Source of the DNA: Halomicronema hongdechloris C2206
GTDB lineage: Bacteria > Cyanobacteriota > Cyanobacteriia > Phormidesmidales > Phormidesmidaceae
NCBI RefSeq assembly: GCF_002075285.3
Contig: NZ_CP021983.2
Span: 1,290,001 to 1,322,000, forward strand
Direction of reading: 5' to 3'
DNA length: 32,000 bases
The notes below the pieces were generated by a model, which saw only the letters and a list, made by a program, of their open reading frames with translations, ran no database searches and was not told the DNA's origin. Numbering within the stretch: position 1 is the stretch's first letter; every line of letters starts with the position of its first letter. This document shows, piece after piece, positions 24,661 through 32,000 of the stretch. Both the position numbers and the translations under genes were made by a program.

Positions 24661-25251
24661 TTATGACAAATCGCCGCGTAAAATCTCCTCTACAGTGATC
24701 TCGAGTTCTGGAAATGTCGGTGACTGCACAACATCACAGTTGGTGAACTCAGCTGCGTCATACCAGCCTTCAGTCAGCGTAAGAATGGTAGCTTTTGACG
24801 CCAGCGGATCGATGATCCAATATTCAGGGATGTCAAGCACACTATATTCTGCCCGTTTGGCCCGGTAATTGGCACCTTTAGTAGATTCGCTAACAACTTC
24901 TACCACCAGCACAGGGGGAGGCTCATGGAGGTGGATAACCGCCTCACGATTCTGCAGTTCCTGCCATTGGCTTAGCGATAAGACCACAACATCCGGAATC
25001 CGAACGGTATCCCAGCGGTCACCTCGCGGGGACTGGATGCCAATGACCATTTGCCTTGACACCCAATCTTGCCCCAACCGCTTGATTTCATGACGAAAAC
25101 AGGTATTTATGAAGTCGGCAATCTCTCCATGCTGCCCCATTCCCAGCGTCATCGGGACCAGCTCCCCATTCACCAACTCATAGGTAGTGTCTGTACCGTC
25201 GTCATAAGCCAGGTAGTCACTGAGTGTCAGCCGCTGAGTTGTCGTAGCCAT
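24661..25251 (-). CDS. Uma2-family (DUF820) endonuclease-fold protein
   Basis: 196-aa ORF with LTLSDYLAY.....[10 protein letters not shown]......[21 protein letters not shown]...D...K...Y....IPEYWIIDP, the typical Uma2 pattern. Confidence 0.82.
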   Translation of the reverse strand: MATTTQRLTLSDYLAYDDGTDTTYELVNGELVPMTLGMGQHGEIADFINTCFRHEIKRLGQDWVSRQMVIGIQSPRGDRWDTVRIPDVVVLSLSQWQELQNREAVIHLHEPPPVLVVEVVSESTKGANYRAKRAEYSVLDIPEYWIIDPLASKATILTLTEGWYDAAEFTNCDVVQSPTFPELEITVEEILRGDLS

Positions 25252-25335
25252 TTAAGCTAGCCGGTTGAAATGCTAATCATTGTATCTGCTGACAGGGTAA
25301 CGCTTTGCCTGGGTTGACGGGCAAAAATCTCATGA

Positions 25336-25350
25336 CTTGCCCGGAATGAC
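25336..25350 (+). repeat. structured repeat family, copy H (15-nt terminal fragment CTTGCCCGGAATGAC) followed by a 47-nt type-1 connector
   Basis: The fragment plus connector (GGTGATGCTTTCCAATGACAATTCAGCTGCCAACAGATCACACTTCC) aligns with the B-to-C junction at 21310-21372. Confidence 0.7.
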
Positions 25351-25397
25351 GGTGATGCTTTCCAATGACAATTCAGCTGCCAACAGATCACACTTCC

Positions 25398-25508
25398 GTC
25401 ATTCCCGCGGCTCACGGAGTGTGCCCGGAGGGCGTGGCGGGAATCCAGAGCGTTAACCCTGGCCAGGAAACAGAGCCCTCTATCTGAAGTCCGGGTGGCG
25501 CTGCCCTT
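25398..25508 (+). repeat. structured repeat family, copy I (111 bp, lacks the last arm)
   Basis: Its first 53 nt are identical to copy C (25398-25450 vs 21373-21425); overall it has about 14 mismatches. It ends at ...GGTGGCGCTGCCCTT without the GCCCGGAATGAC arm. The next Uma2 gene starts 42 nt later. Confidence 0.85.
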
Positions 25509-25549
25509 AAAATTAAAGAGACCTGGTATACCCTTGCGGCATTTCTGCC

Positions 25550-26104
25550 ATGACTCGGACGTTAACCCAATGGAGCGTTGCAGACTACCACCGCATGATT
25601 GCGGCGGGTCTGCTGGCAGACCGGCGGGTCGAACTCTTGAACGGAAACGTGGTTGAAATGGCTCCAGAGCTGCCGATTCATCGGGCCACCTATCGGCGAG
25701 GAGCCAGATATCTAGAAACCCTTCTGGGGGATCGAGCAGTAGTCTTCACCACTGCTCCTATCACCCTACCCAGCAATGGCGAACCCCAACCCGATATTGC
25801 CATCGTGACTCCCCCTGAATCTCGCTACGATGAGCGGCATCCAGGGCCAGAGGATGTCTATTGGGTCATTGAAGTCTCGAACTCGACCCTGGTCTTTGAT
25901 CTGGAAGAAAAAGCTACGCTTTATGCTAGAGACGACATTGCTGAATACTGGGTGGTGGATGTGCCCAATCGTCAGCTCTGGGTGCACCGACACCCGGACG
26001 CCAGCATCTATCGTCAGGTGCAGCCCTTAGCGTCAGGCAATATTAATCCACTAGCCTTTCCAGACCTTGAGATTAGAGTGGAGCGGCTGCTGCCAGAGAA
26101 GTAG
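25550..26104 (+). CDS. Uma2-family (DUF820) endonuclease-fold protein
   Basis: 184-aa ORF with W.V.DYHRMI..G.L....VELL.G.VVEM.PE...H, PDIAIV, VYWVIEVSNST...D...K...YA...I.EYWVVD. Confidence 0.82.
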   Translation: MTRTLTQWSVADYHRMIAAGLLADRRVELLNGNVVEMAPELPIHRATYRRGARYLETLLGDRAVVFTTAPITLPSNGEPQPDIAIVTPPESRYDERHPGPEDVYWVIEVSNSTLVFDLEEKATLYARDDIAEYWVVDVPNRQLWVHRHPDASIYRQVQPLASGNINPLAFPDLEIRVERLLPEK

Positions 26105-26189
26105 ACCTGTTGGTTGCGAATGATGCAAGCCGGGAGCATGGGTCCTCCCATCTTTTACCCAGAATGAAAAATCAAGTGATGTCGCAAGG

Positions 26190-26816
26190 ATGAATGTATT
26201 TATACTCAATACCGGGCGTTGTGGCTCGACGACGTTCATTAAGGCCTGTAAGCATATTCGTAACTATAGCGCTGCCCATGAATCGCGGGTTCACTTACTG
26301 GGGCCTGCTCGCCTGCAATATCCGCCAAACCATATTGAAGCCGATAACCGCTTGTCTTGGTTTTTAGGCCGCCTCGAGCAAGTTTATGGGGACAACGCCT
26401 TTTACGTGCACCTACAGCGAAATCCCCTCGACACGGCTCATAGCTTTGCTAAACGCTACGATTTTGGCATTATCACTGCTTATCGTTCCGCCGTGCTCAT
26501 TGACTGCCCACCCGAAAGTGATCCGATCAAAGTATGCCTAGACTACTGTGAAACGGTCAATACCAATATTGAGGCATTCTTGGCGGATAAATCCCACACA
26601 ATGACCTTTCATCTAGAGCAAGCCCAGCAAGACTTTGAACGGTTTTGGCAGATGGTGGGGGCGACTGGTGATCTCCCTGCAGCTCTGCAAACATGGGACA
26701 CCACTTATAATGCGGCTGCCACTCAGCGCCGTTACTACACCCATCCGGCCCTAAGATATGGCCATAAGGCACTGCGTATCCTGCGTAAGCTGCCATCTTT
26801 TGTGAGCAATGCCTAG
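26190..26816 (+). CDS. hypothetical protein, sulfotransferase-like N terminus (tentative)
   Basis: 208-aa ORF. The N-terminal ILNTGRCGSTTF resembles the PAPS 5'-phosphosulfate-binding loop (xxGxxRSGTT) of bacterial sulfotransferases. The rest is not recognised. Confidence 0.4.
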   Translation: MNVFILNTGRCGSTTFIKACKHIRNYSAAHESRVHLLGPARLQYPPNHIEADNRLSWFLGRLEQVYGDNAFYVHLQRNPLDTAHSFAKRYDFGIITAYRSAVLIDCPPESDPIKVCLDYCETVNTNIEAFLADKSHTMTFHLEQAQQDFERFWQMVGATGDLPAALQTWDTTYNAAATQRRYYTHPALRYGHKALRILRKLPSFVSNA

Positions 26817-26833
26817 CTTGGTAGCAGGAATCC

Positions 26834-27799
26834 ATGAGTAAACCGAATAGTCCTGGGGATTGGCTGTTTCAGCAGCAGTGGGTTGCTTGGATGTACGATG
26901 CTACCCTAAGGCGGCAACTGCCTCTGCCCTATCGCTTGTTTGCCTATTACTGTGCTCTGCAAAAGAGCATTGGTTGCAGCCAACGCATCAAGAAAGGACG
27001 TCAGTGCCTGCAGTTAATGATGCATCTAAACCATCGGCTGTCTTCCAGCTATGTAGCTCGGTTAGTGCTGCCCAACCAGCTCAGTATCTATGTGAACCTC
27101 AGTGATCCCAGGTTTCTTCGCGTCGTGAACGAACTGGTGAATCCCAACGAAGAAACTGCTACCCTCGACAAGTTTCTCAAGCCAGGCGACACCTTCATCG
27201 ATATTGGGGCGAATCACGGTAGCTTCTCAATTGTGGCCTCTGGCTTGGTTGGGGAAACCGGGCGCATCATTGCCATTGAACCTCAGCCTGTATTAGCTGA
27301 TTTGGTGCGCTGTTCCTTGGCAGATAATGCTAGCTGCGACTACGAGGTCTATGAGATTGCCTGTGGCAGCCGTAGCAGTACGGTCACATTTTTCATACCA
27401 GAGGATACCTCTGGATCTGCAGGAATATTTTCAGCATTTTCAGCCACCCATCGCCATCGCCAACTGACGGTGCCCCTCAGATGTTTGGATGAGGTGCTGC
27501 CATGGCGAGACTTACCCGGCAATCTATTTCTTAAGCTAGATATTGAAGGCAGTGAGTACAATTGCCTAGCTGGCGCACGCCAACTGTTATTACAGCGGCA
27601 GCCCCATATCTTGATGGAGGCTAATCTGAGTACGCTCAAAGCCGCGGACGTTAGTCTGGAACAACTCAAAGCGCTACTGGCTACGCTGCAGTATGGAGAA
27701 TTTGCTGAAGTGAGTGACTTGACGCAGCGCTATCCCTTAGCTGAGTTGCATTTGCGGGGAAAAACCTCCCGTAATATCTTACTGTTTCCCAAAAGCTGA
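26834..27799 (+). CDS. FkbM-family SAM-dependent methyltransferase
   Basis: 321-aa ORF with the FkbM core FIDIGANHGSFS...IIAIEP...L and LKLDIEGSEY. The true start may lie downstream of 26834. Confidence 0.75.
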   Translation: MSKPNSPGDWLFQQQWVAWMYDATLRRQLPLPYRLFAYYCALQKSIGCSQRIKKGRQCLQLMMHLNHRLSSSYVARLVLPNQLSIYVNLSDPRFLRVVNELVNPNEETATLDKFLKPGDTFIDIGANHGSFSIVASGLVGETGRIIAIEPQPVLADLVRCSLADNASCDYEVYEIACGSRSSTVTFFIPEDTSGSAGIFSAFSATHRHRQLTVPLRCLDEVLPWRDLPGNLFLKLDIEGSEYNCLAGARQLLLQRQPHILMEANLSTLKAADVSLEQLKALLATLQYGEFAEVSDLTQRYPLAELHLRGKTSRNILLFPKS

Positions 27800-27885
27800 T
27801 GGGACTCTGGGAGAATATGAGGTTGGCCAGCCAGTTTAGTGCATCTTCCCGGTTAAATAGAAGGCGTTTCAACCAGAAGCCTGGG

Positions 27886-29034
27886 TTACGTGGCGTGGGT
27901 TCGTGCGAAGGCTTGCTCAATGCCATCGATCGTCCGTGATAACGAGAAGTGCGCTACGATGTGCTGTCGACAGCGTTGAGCGAGATCAGGATCAGTGATA
28001 CGCCAAGTCAGGTTATCGGATATGGCTGCCGCCAACTGCGCTGCATTGCCAGGAGAGACTAGCCGCTGTTGAAATTCCTTGGTGAGGATCTCGGGAATAC
28101 CGCCAACGCGACTAGCGACAACGGGAACTCCGCATGCCATTGCTTCGATAATCGTGCGACCAAACGGTTCCGGCCACTCGCTAGGCACTACGACTAGATC
28201 GCTGGCTCGATAGACTTGGCTGGGATCATCCACATGCCCTAGAAAGGTAACTGAGTCGTCTATACGCCAGTTGGTCGCTAGGCGTTTTAGCTCCTGCAGG
28301 TAGCTGGAAGGATCGTTGTGAGGTTTTCCCGCAATGGCTAGGTGCAACTGCGGATACTGCTGTTGTGCCAATGCGAATCCATGCAGCAAAGTCTCAATGC
28401 CCTTACCTCGATCGAGACGCCCTACATAACTAATGAGGTAATACTCAGAGGTATTGAAAGCAGGGGAGATCAATTGAGAGCGTAGGGCATAGGCATCATC
28501 TAGAGTAGCGGCTGCTGTAAATCTTTGGATGTCTATGCCATTGTGCACTACGTCAATGCGTGTGGCGTTATAGCCAATCGCTACCCACTCAGATTTTGTG
28601 TATTGGGAGACGGCAATCTGGCGATGGGCTCCTCGCATACCCAGGCTCCACTGCCACCCTAGATTGGGTGGGGGCGGTAGTCGCACATGACAAACTAATG
28701 GCCGCCTTCTCAAGCGGGCAAGCAGCCAGGCAAAGAAGCTGTCGTGGTACTGATTACAGTAGATGAGGCTGTTGGGCTCAATAGCGATACGCCGCAAATC
28801 CTGCAATAGCTGTCGTCCGGATGCTAATGGCCTTTTCATATCCAGGCGGTAGTGTTCAACCGACAGCATCTGCTGGCAGATATCTTGGTAAGCTGCCAAC
28901 AAGTTTCCTGGTTGCCGATAGAGCAAGGTCAGGGTATGTCCACGCTTAACTAACGCCTGGCAGACATCGAACAGGCTAAGCTCCTGGCCACCGCGACGGG
29001 TCGACGGCTCATTTTCCAAGACAATGAGGTGCAT
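27886..29034 (-). CDS. GT4-family (GT-B fold) glycosyltransferase
   Basis: 382-aa ORF with GG.E near the N terminus and the C-terminal EPFGRTIIEAMACGVPVVASRVGGIPEI (E-x7-E region) typical of GT4 enzymes. Confidence 0.85.
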   Translation of the reverse strand: MHLIVLENEPSTRRGGQELSLFDVCQALVKRGHTLTLLYRQPGNLLAAYQDICQQMLSVEHYRLDMKRPLASGRQLLQDLRRIAIEPNSLIYCNQYHDSFFAWLLARLRRRPLVCHVRLPPPPNLGWQWSLGMRGAHRQIAVSQYTKSEWVAIGYNATRIDVVHNGIDIQRFTAAATLDDAYALRSQLISPAFNTSEYYLISYVGRLDRGKGIETLLHGFALAQQQYPQLHLAIAGKPHNDPSSYLQELKRLATNWRIDDSVTFLGHVDDPSQVYRASDLVVVPSEWPEPFGRTIIEAMACGVPVVASRVGGIPEILTKEFQQRLVSPGNAAQLAAAISDNLTWRITDPDLAQRCRQHIVAHFSLSRTIDGIEQAFARTHAT

Positions 29035-29115
29035 CTAGGTCGTCAAGCTCGGGGAGAGAAGAGAGCAATGGCAGGCAGCTACTATCTACGGTTGCACCAG
29101 GCTGATTGCATGCTT

Positions 29116-29211
29116 TTAATCCTTAGCCAGAGCACGAGTGACATCTAATAGGCTTAATTCTTTGCCCCCGCGTTGGGCCGATGGCACATTTTCTAGGGCG
29201 ATGACCTGCAT
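29116..29211 (-). pseudogene. 31-codon remnant of a second GT4 glycosyltransferase N terminus
   Basis: Hand translation gives MQVIALENVPSAQRGGKELSLLDVTRALAKD*. The neighbouring GT4 starts MHLIVLENEPSTRRGGQELSLFDVCQALVKRGH. That is 19/30 identical positions, after which the remnant hits a stop. Confidence 0.6.
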
Positions 29212-29265
29212 GGGGCATTGGCCTGCAGACTGGTATCCACTGACGCCAGCAAGCATGAGCCGGGG

Positions 29266-29502
29266 TTAGCACTTATTCAAATCGATGCCGGCTTCCCGGG
29301 CCATGGCGCTGAGGCCTTTCTTCTGTAGGGTTTTAATGGCTTTGGTGGAGAGGCGCAGCTTCACCCAGCGCTTGCCTTGGGGCCACCAGACGCGCTTTTC
29401 TTGCAGGTTGGCATGCTGCAGCCGCTTAGTACGGCGGTGGGAGTGGGAAACGGCGTAGGCGTTATTGGCTTTTTTGCCGGTGAGTTGACATTTGCGGCTC
29501 AT
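29266..29502 (-). CDS. rpmB: 50S ribosomal protein L28
   Basis: 78-aa [43 protein letters not shown]...; canonical bL28 sequence. Confidence 0.93.
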   Translation of the reverse strand: MSRKCQLTGKKANNAYAVSHSHRRTKRLQHANLQEKRVWWPQGKRWVKLRLSTKAIKTLQKKGLSAMAREAGIDLNKC

Positions 29503-29556
29503 CAGCGTTCTCCAGTGGATGCGGTTGACACGATCGATGATTATAGCGCAACCCGG

Positions 29557-30924
29557 CTACTCGTTCATGTTGCGATAGGTGGCGACGGCGGAGGGGGAGA
29601 TGCGGTTGAGGTAACGGAAGATCCAGTATTTGAAGACGGTGTCGAGGATCACGGGGAAGGTGGCAATGAACAGGAAGATGAATTCGCGGTTGGCGGCGAA
29701 GCCAAGGTGGCGGGAAAGCCCTTCTAGCAAGACTTCCCAGCCGTGGGGAGAGTGAAATCCGACGAACATGTCGGTGAAGAGGATGATGATGAAGGCCTTG
29801 GCGCTGTCGCTGAGGCCATAGACAATTTCATCCATGAAGTCTTTCAGAGTACTGACTTCCCGTTTACGGGTCACTAGTAGGGTGATGAAGGCGGCGACGG
29901 CCATCATGTCGGCGAAGACGTTTTTGATGGCATCGGCGCTGCGGCGGCGATAGGCTTCTTCGATTTCGGTGGCTTTCTCCCGCACGGTCTGCTCGATTTC
30001 TAGCTCTGGCATGGGGGCAACTTTGCCGATGAGGACTTCGAAGCGCAGCCGTTCTTCGAATTGTTGCAGTTCGTGCAGGGCTTCTTCTTCCATTTCGATG
30101 TTGAGGAAGACGCCGGCTTGGTTTTCTGCTCGAATGTAATCGACGATGGGGCCGACGAGGAAATTTTTGGAAAATTGCTGGGTTAACAGGGGCACGATCA
30201 CCAGCAGCAGCAAGAACTTGATGGCCAGGGTGGTTTTGACCTTGGAGGTGCGAAATTTTTTGACGACTTGGGTTTCGGCTTTGGGATCGAGGTCTTGGCG
30301 AATCCGGTCAACGGTTCTGAGGATGGAGCGGGGTAGGACGCTGGCCCGGTCGGAGAGGGCGTCGGTGCGGTCGCGATCGCGTTCTGACTCTGGCGGCTTT
30401 TGGGGCGGCTTTTGGGGCGGCTTTTGGGACGGTGGGGGCGGGGCACCATTGCCGGCTGACAGGCTGCTGGAGGTAGAGCGGTCTGGGGGGAGGGTAATCA
30501 CCCGCTGGGAGGGGGGGGGTGATTCTAGCTTGCCGTAGCGGGCCAGGACCTCATCGACGAAGCGCAGCTTGCGGAAGAAGATGGCGGGTTTGTCGATCAC
30601 ATCCACGGAGAGGCCATTTGGGCGGGTATCGGAGACCTGAATCTCCATGATTTTGGGATCCGACACTCGCAGCAGGGAGCTACTGGAGTGGAACTCGGCC
30701 ATTCGCAGCCGAATTAAGTTCAGGTATTTCTGCCGCTCGCCGTCGAAGTAGGCCTGGGCACTGGCCCCGTAGTTGCCGTAGGCTGATGAAATCGGGTTGC
30801 CGCTGAAGTGGTCATTCTCGATGGCCTCGATCATCCGGGCCGCTTCGTAGGCTTGGTCTAAAGCCCGTTCTGGGGTGCGAGAGAGCCACTGCCGCGCCGC
30901 GCGAAAAATGCCAAAAATCTGCAT
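29557..30924 (-). CDS. pxcA: proton-extrusion protein PxcA (CemA/Ycf10 family)
   Basis: 455-aa ORF. The C-terminal membrane domain ends ...FPVILDTVFKYWIFRYLNRISPSAVATYRNMNE, the hallmark CemA terminus. The N-terminal extension is as in cyanobacterial PxcA. Confidence 0.88.
   Translation of the reverse strand: MQIFGIFRAARQWLSRTPERALDQAYEAARMIEAIENDHFSGNPISSAYGNYGASAQAYFDGERQKYLNLIRLRMAEFHSSSSLLRVSDPKIMEIQVSDTRPNGLSVDVIDKPAIFFRKLRFVDEVLARYGKLESPPPSQRVITLPPDRSTSSSLSAGNGAPPPPSQKPPQKPPQKPPESERDRDRTDALSDRASVLPRSILRTVDRIRQDLDPKAETQVVKKFRTSKVKTTLAIKFLLLLVIVPLLTQQFSKNFLVGPIVDYIRAENQAGVFLNIEMEEEALHELQQFEERLRFEVLIGKVAPMPELEIEQTVREKATEIEEAYRRRSADAIKNVFADMMAVAAFITLLVTRKREVSTLKDFMDEIVYGLSDSAKAFIIILFTDMFVGFHSPHGWEVLLEGLSRHLGFAANREFIFLFIATFPVILDTVFKYWIFRYLNRISPSAVATYRNMNE
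30392..30427. repeat. 3 x 12-nt tandem repeat GGCGGCTTTTGG inside pxcA
   Basis: Read directly. On the minus strand it encodes the PQKP repeats in SQKPPQKPPQKPPQKPPES, within a low-complexity linker. Confidence 0.85.
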
Positions 30925-31257
30925 TTGCTGCCAGGGTGGTGATGGGAATACACATGCGATCGCATTGAAAATTTTAGAGCACCGCTCCTACCCCGCTGAT
31001 CGCTCCACGACAGGTTCTTGCCATCAGCCCTGGCAAGACTTGGGTAAATTGAGCGGGTAGGGCAATATAGGGTGAGTTAGTCCTGCTGAGGCGATGCTCT
31101 GATGCCAAGGTCATCTAATGCCAGGAGCAACTTAGGGGGGCGTTTTCACCAAAGCAACTCCCCCTCCCTAGACTTAGGCAAGAATCAATTACAAGATAGA
31201 TAGCAGTCTAACCAATTCATCAACCGGATACTATCTACCGGCTATCAAGAAACGCCT

Positions 31258-32000
31258 ATGGCTGGTCAAATTATCGGCGATCGCTACGAAGTAGAACAGC
31301 AATTGGGACGAAAATCAGGGCGCTGGACCCTGCTAGCCCGGGACTTACAAACGGATACGCCCGTCATTTTGAAGCTACTGTTTATCGACGAAGACCTCCA
31401 GCCCCGGGATCTGCGCTTGTTTAAGCGGGAAGTAGAAGCTCTAAAGCTACTAAATCATCCCGCCACGCCTCAGTTTCTGCACTATTTCGAAATCGAGTTG
31501 CCCCAGGATGGCCAAGCCCTAGTGCTAGTGCAGAGTTACGTCATTGGCACCTCCCTCAAGACCTACCTCGATCAAGGCCGTCAGTTTAGCGAAGCCGACG
31601 CCAAGATCATCGCCCGCGCTATTCTCAAGGTGCTGGTGTCCCTGCATCAGATGGAGCCGCCCATCATTCATCGCGATATTCGCCCCAACAATGTGCTGCT
31701 GATGGAGAGCAGCGATCCCCAGGTCTGTCTCGTGGACTTTGGCTCCGTCAAAGCCCTATCCTCCGGCAACACTGCCCTGACAGTAGTTGGCAGCGACGGC
31801 TATACCCCACCAGAACAGATGGGGGGGCGGGCCTTGACCGTCTCAGATCTCTACAGCCTCGGCGCCACCCTCGTGGAAATTATCACCGGCCAATCGCCAG
31901 CGAAGCTGCCGCGACGAGGGCTGACCATCGAGTTTGAAGCCGCTGCAACCTTTAGCCCTGACTTCAGTGCCTGGTTACAGCGGATGCTAGCCCCAGGCTT
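31258..32000 (+). CDS. Ser/Thr protein kinase, N-terminal part (runs off the right edge)
   Basis: Hand translation from the ATG at 31258: MAGQIIGDRYEVEQQLGRKSGRWTLLARD...ILKLL...HRDIRPNNVLL...LVDFGSVKA...GYTPPEQ. These are Hanks kinase subdomains I, II, VIb, VII and VIII. There is no stop before 32000. Confidence 0.85.
   Translation, partial: MAGQIIGDRYEVEQQLGRKSGRWTLLARDLQTDTPVILKLLFIDEDLQPRDLRLFKREVEALKLLNHPATPQFLHYFEIELPQDGQALVLVQSYVIGTSLKTYLDQGRQFSEADAKIIARAILKVLVSLHQMEPPIIHRDIRPNNVLLMESSDPQVCLVDFGSVKALSSGNTALTVVGSDGYTPPEQMGGRALTVSDLYSLGATLVEIITGQSPAKLPRRGLTIEFEAAATFSPDFSAWLQRMLAPG

Noticed and set aside
21117-25508. Classical integron with attC sites
   Set aside because: No intI-type integrase or attI is in the window. 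The repeat ends are GTCATTCC/GGAATGAC rather than RYYYAAC/GTTRRRY. Cassette genes are on both strands, and three units occur back to back with only 48-nt connectors. I kept it only as an architectural analogy to test with IntegronFinder.
30146-30538. 130-aa plus-strand ORF and 83-aa minus-strand ORF inside pxcA
   Set aside because: They are shadow frames across the GC-rich, repeat-containing linker of pxcA (the GGFWGGFWGGFW peptide mirrors the 12-nt repeat). The pxcA frame has clear family motifs.

Overview
This is a cyanobacterial chromosomal segment. Supporting signals: nine copies of the HIP1 octamer GCGATCGC, a pxcA/cemA homolog, a Ycf46-like AAA ATPase, three Uma2/DUF820 paralogs and an hps-type pseudopilin operon. 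All family calls come from motifs read by eye; no searches were run.

Layout:
- 1-1169: 5' part of a tyrosine-recombinase gene (found by my own reverse translation; it runs off the left edge) directly 3' of tRNA-Val(GAC). This looks like a genomic-island boundary.
- 1.3-13.4 kb: GC-rich housekeeping genes. These are DUF1350-like, tldD, pmbA, AAA ATPase, Nif3, pdxH, ParA-like, tsaE, EVE and Uma2. A 42-copy heptanucleotide tandem repeat abuts the pdxH start.
- 13.5-20.6 kb (minus strand): a giant 1594-aa protein followed by three prepilin-like genes, matching hpsA-D.
- 20.6-26.1 kb: the most unusual part. It is an AT-richer island where small modules are separated by co-oriented copies of a structured repeat of 99, 123 or 147 bp. 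The modules are a DUF433/DUF5615 pair, MNT with a truncated HEPN, VapBC, and two Uma2 genes. The repeat has four mutually complementary arms and 48-nt connectors. A shared 28-nt extended -10-like motif precedes two unrelated toxin-antitoxin (TA) operons. The layout resembles a cassette array but lacks canonical integron signatures.
- 26.2-29.0 kb: sulfotransferase-like, FkbM methyltransferase and GT4 genes, plus a 31-codon GT4 remnant.
- 29.3-32.0 kb: rpmB, pxcA, and a partial Ser/Thr kinase.
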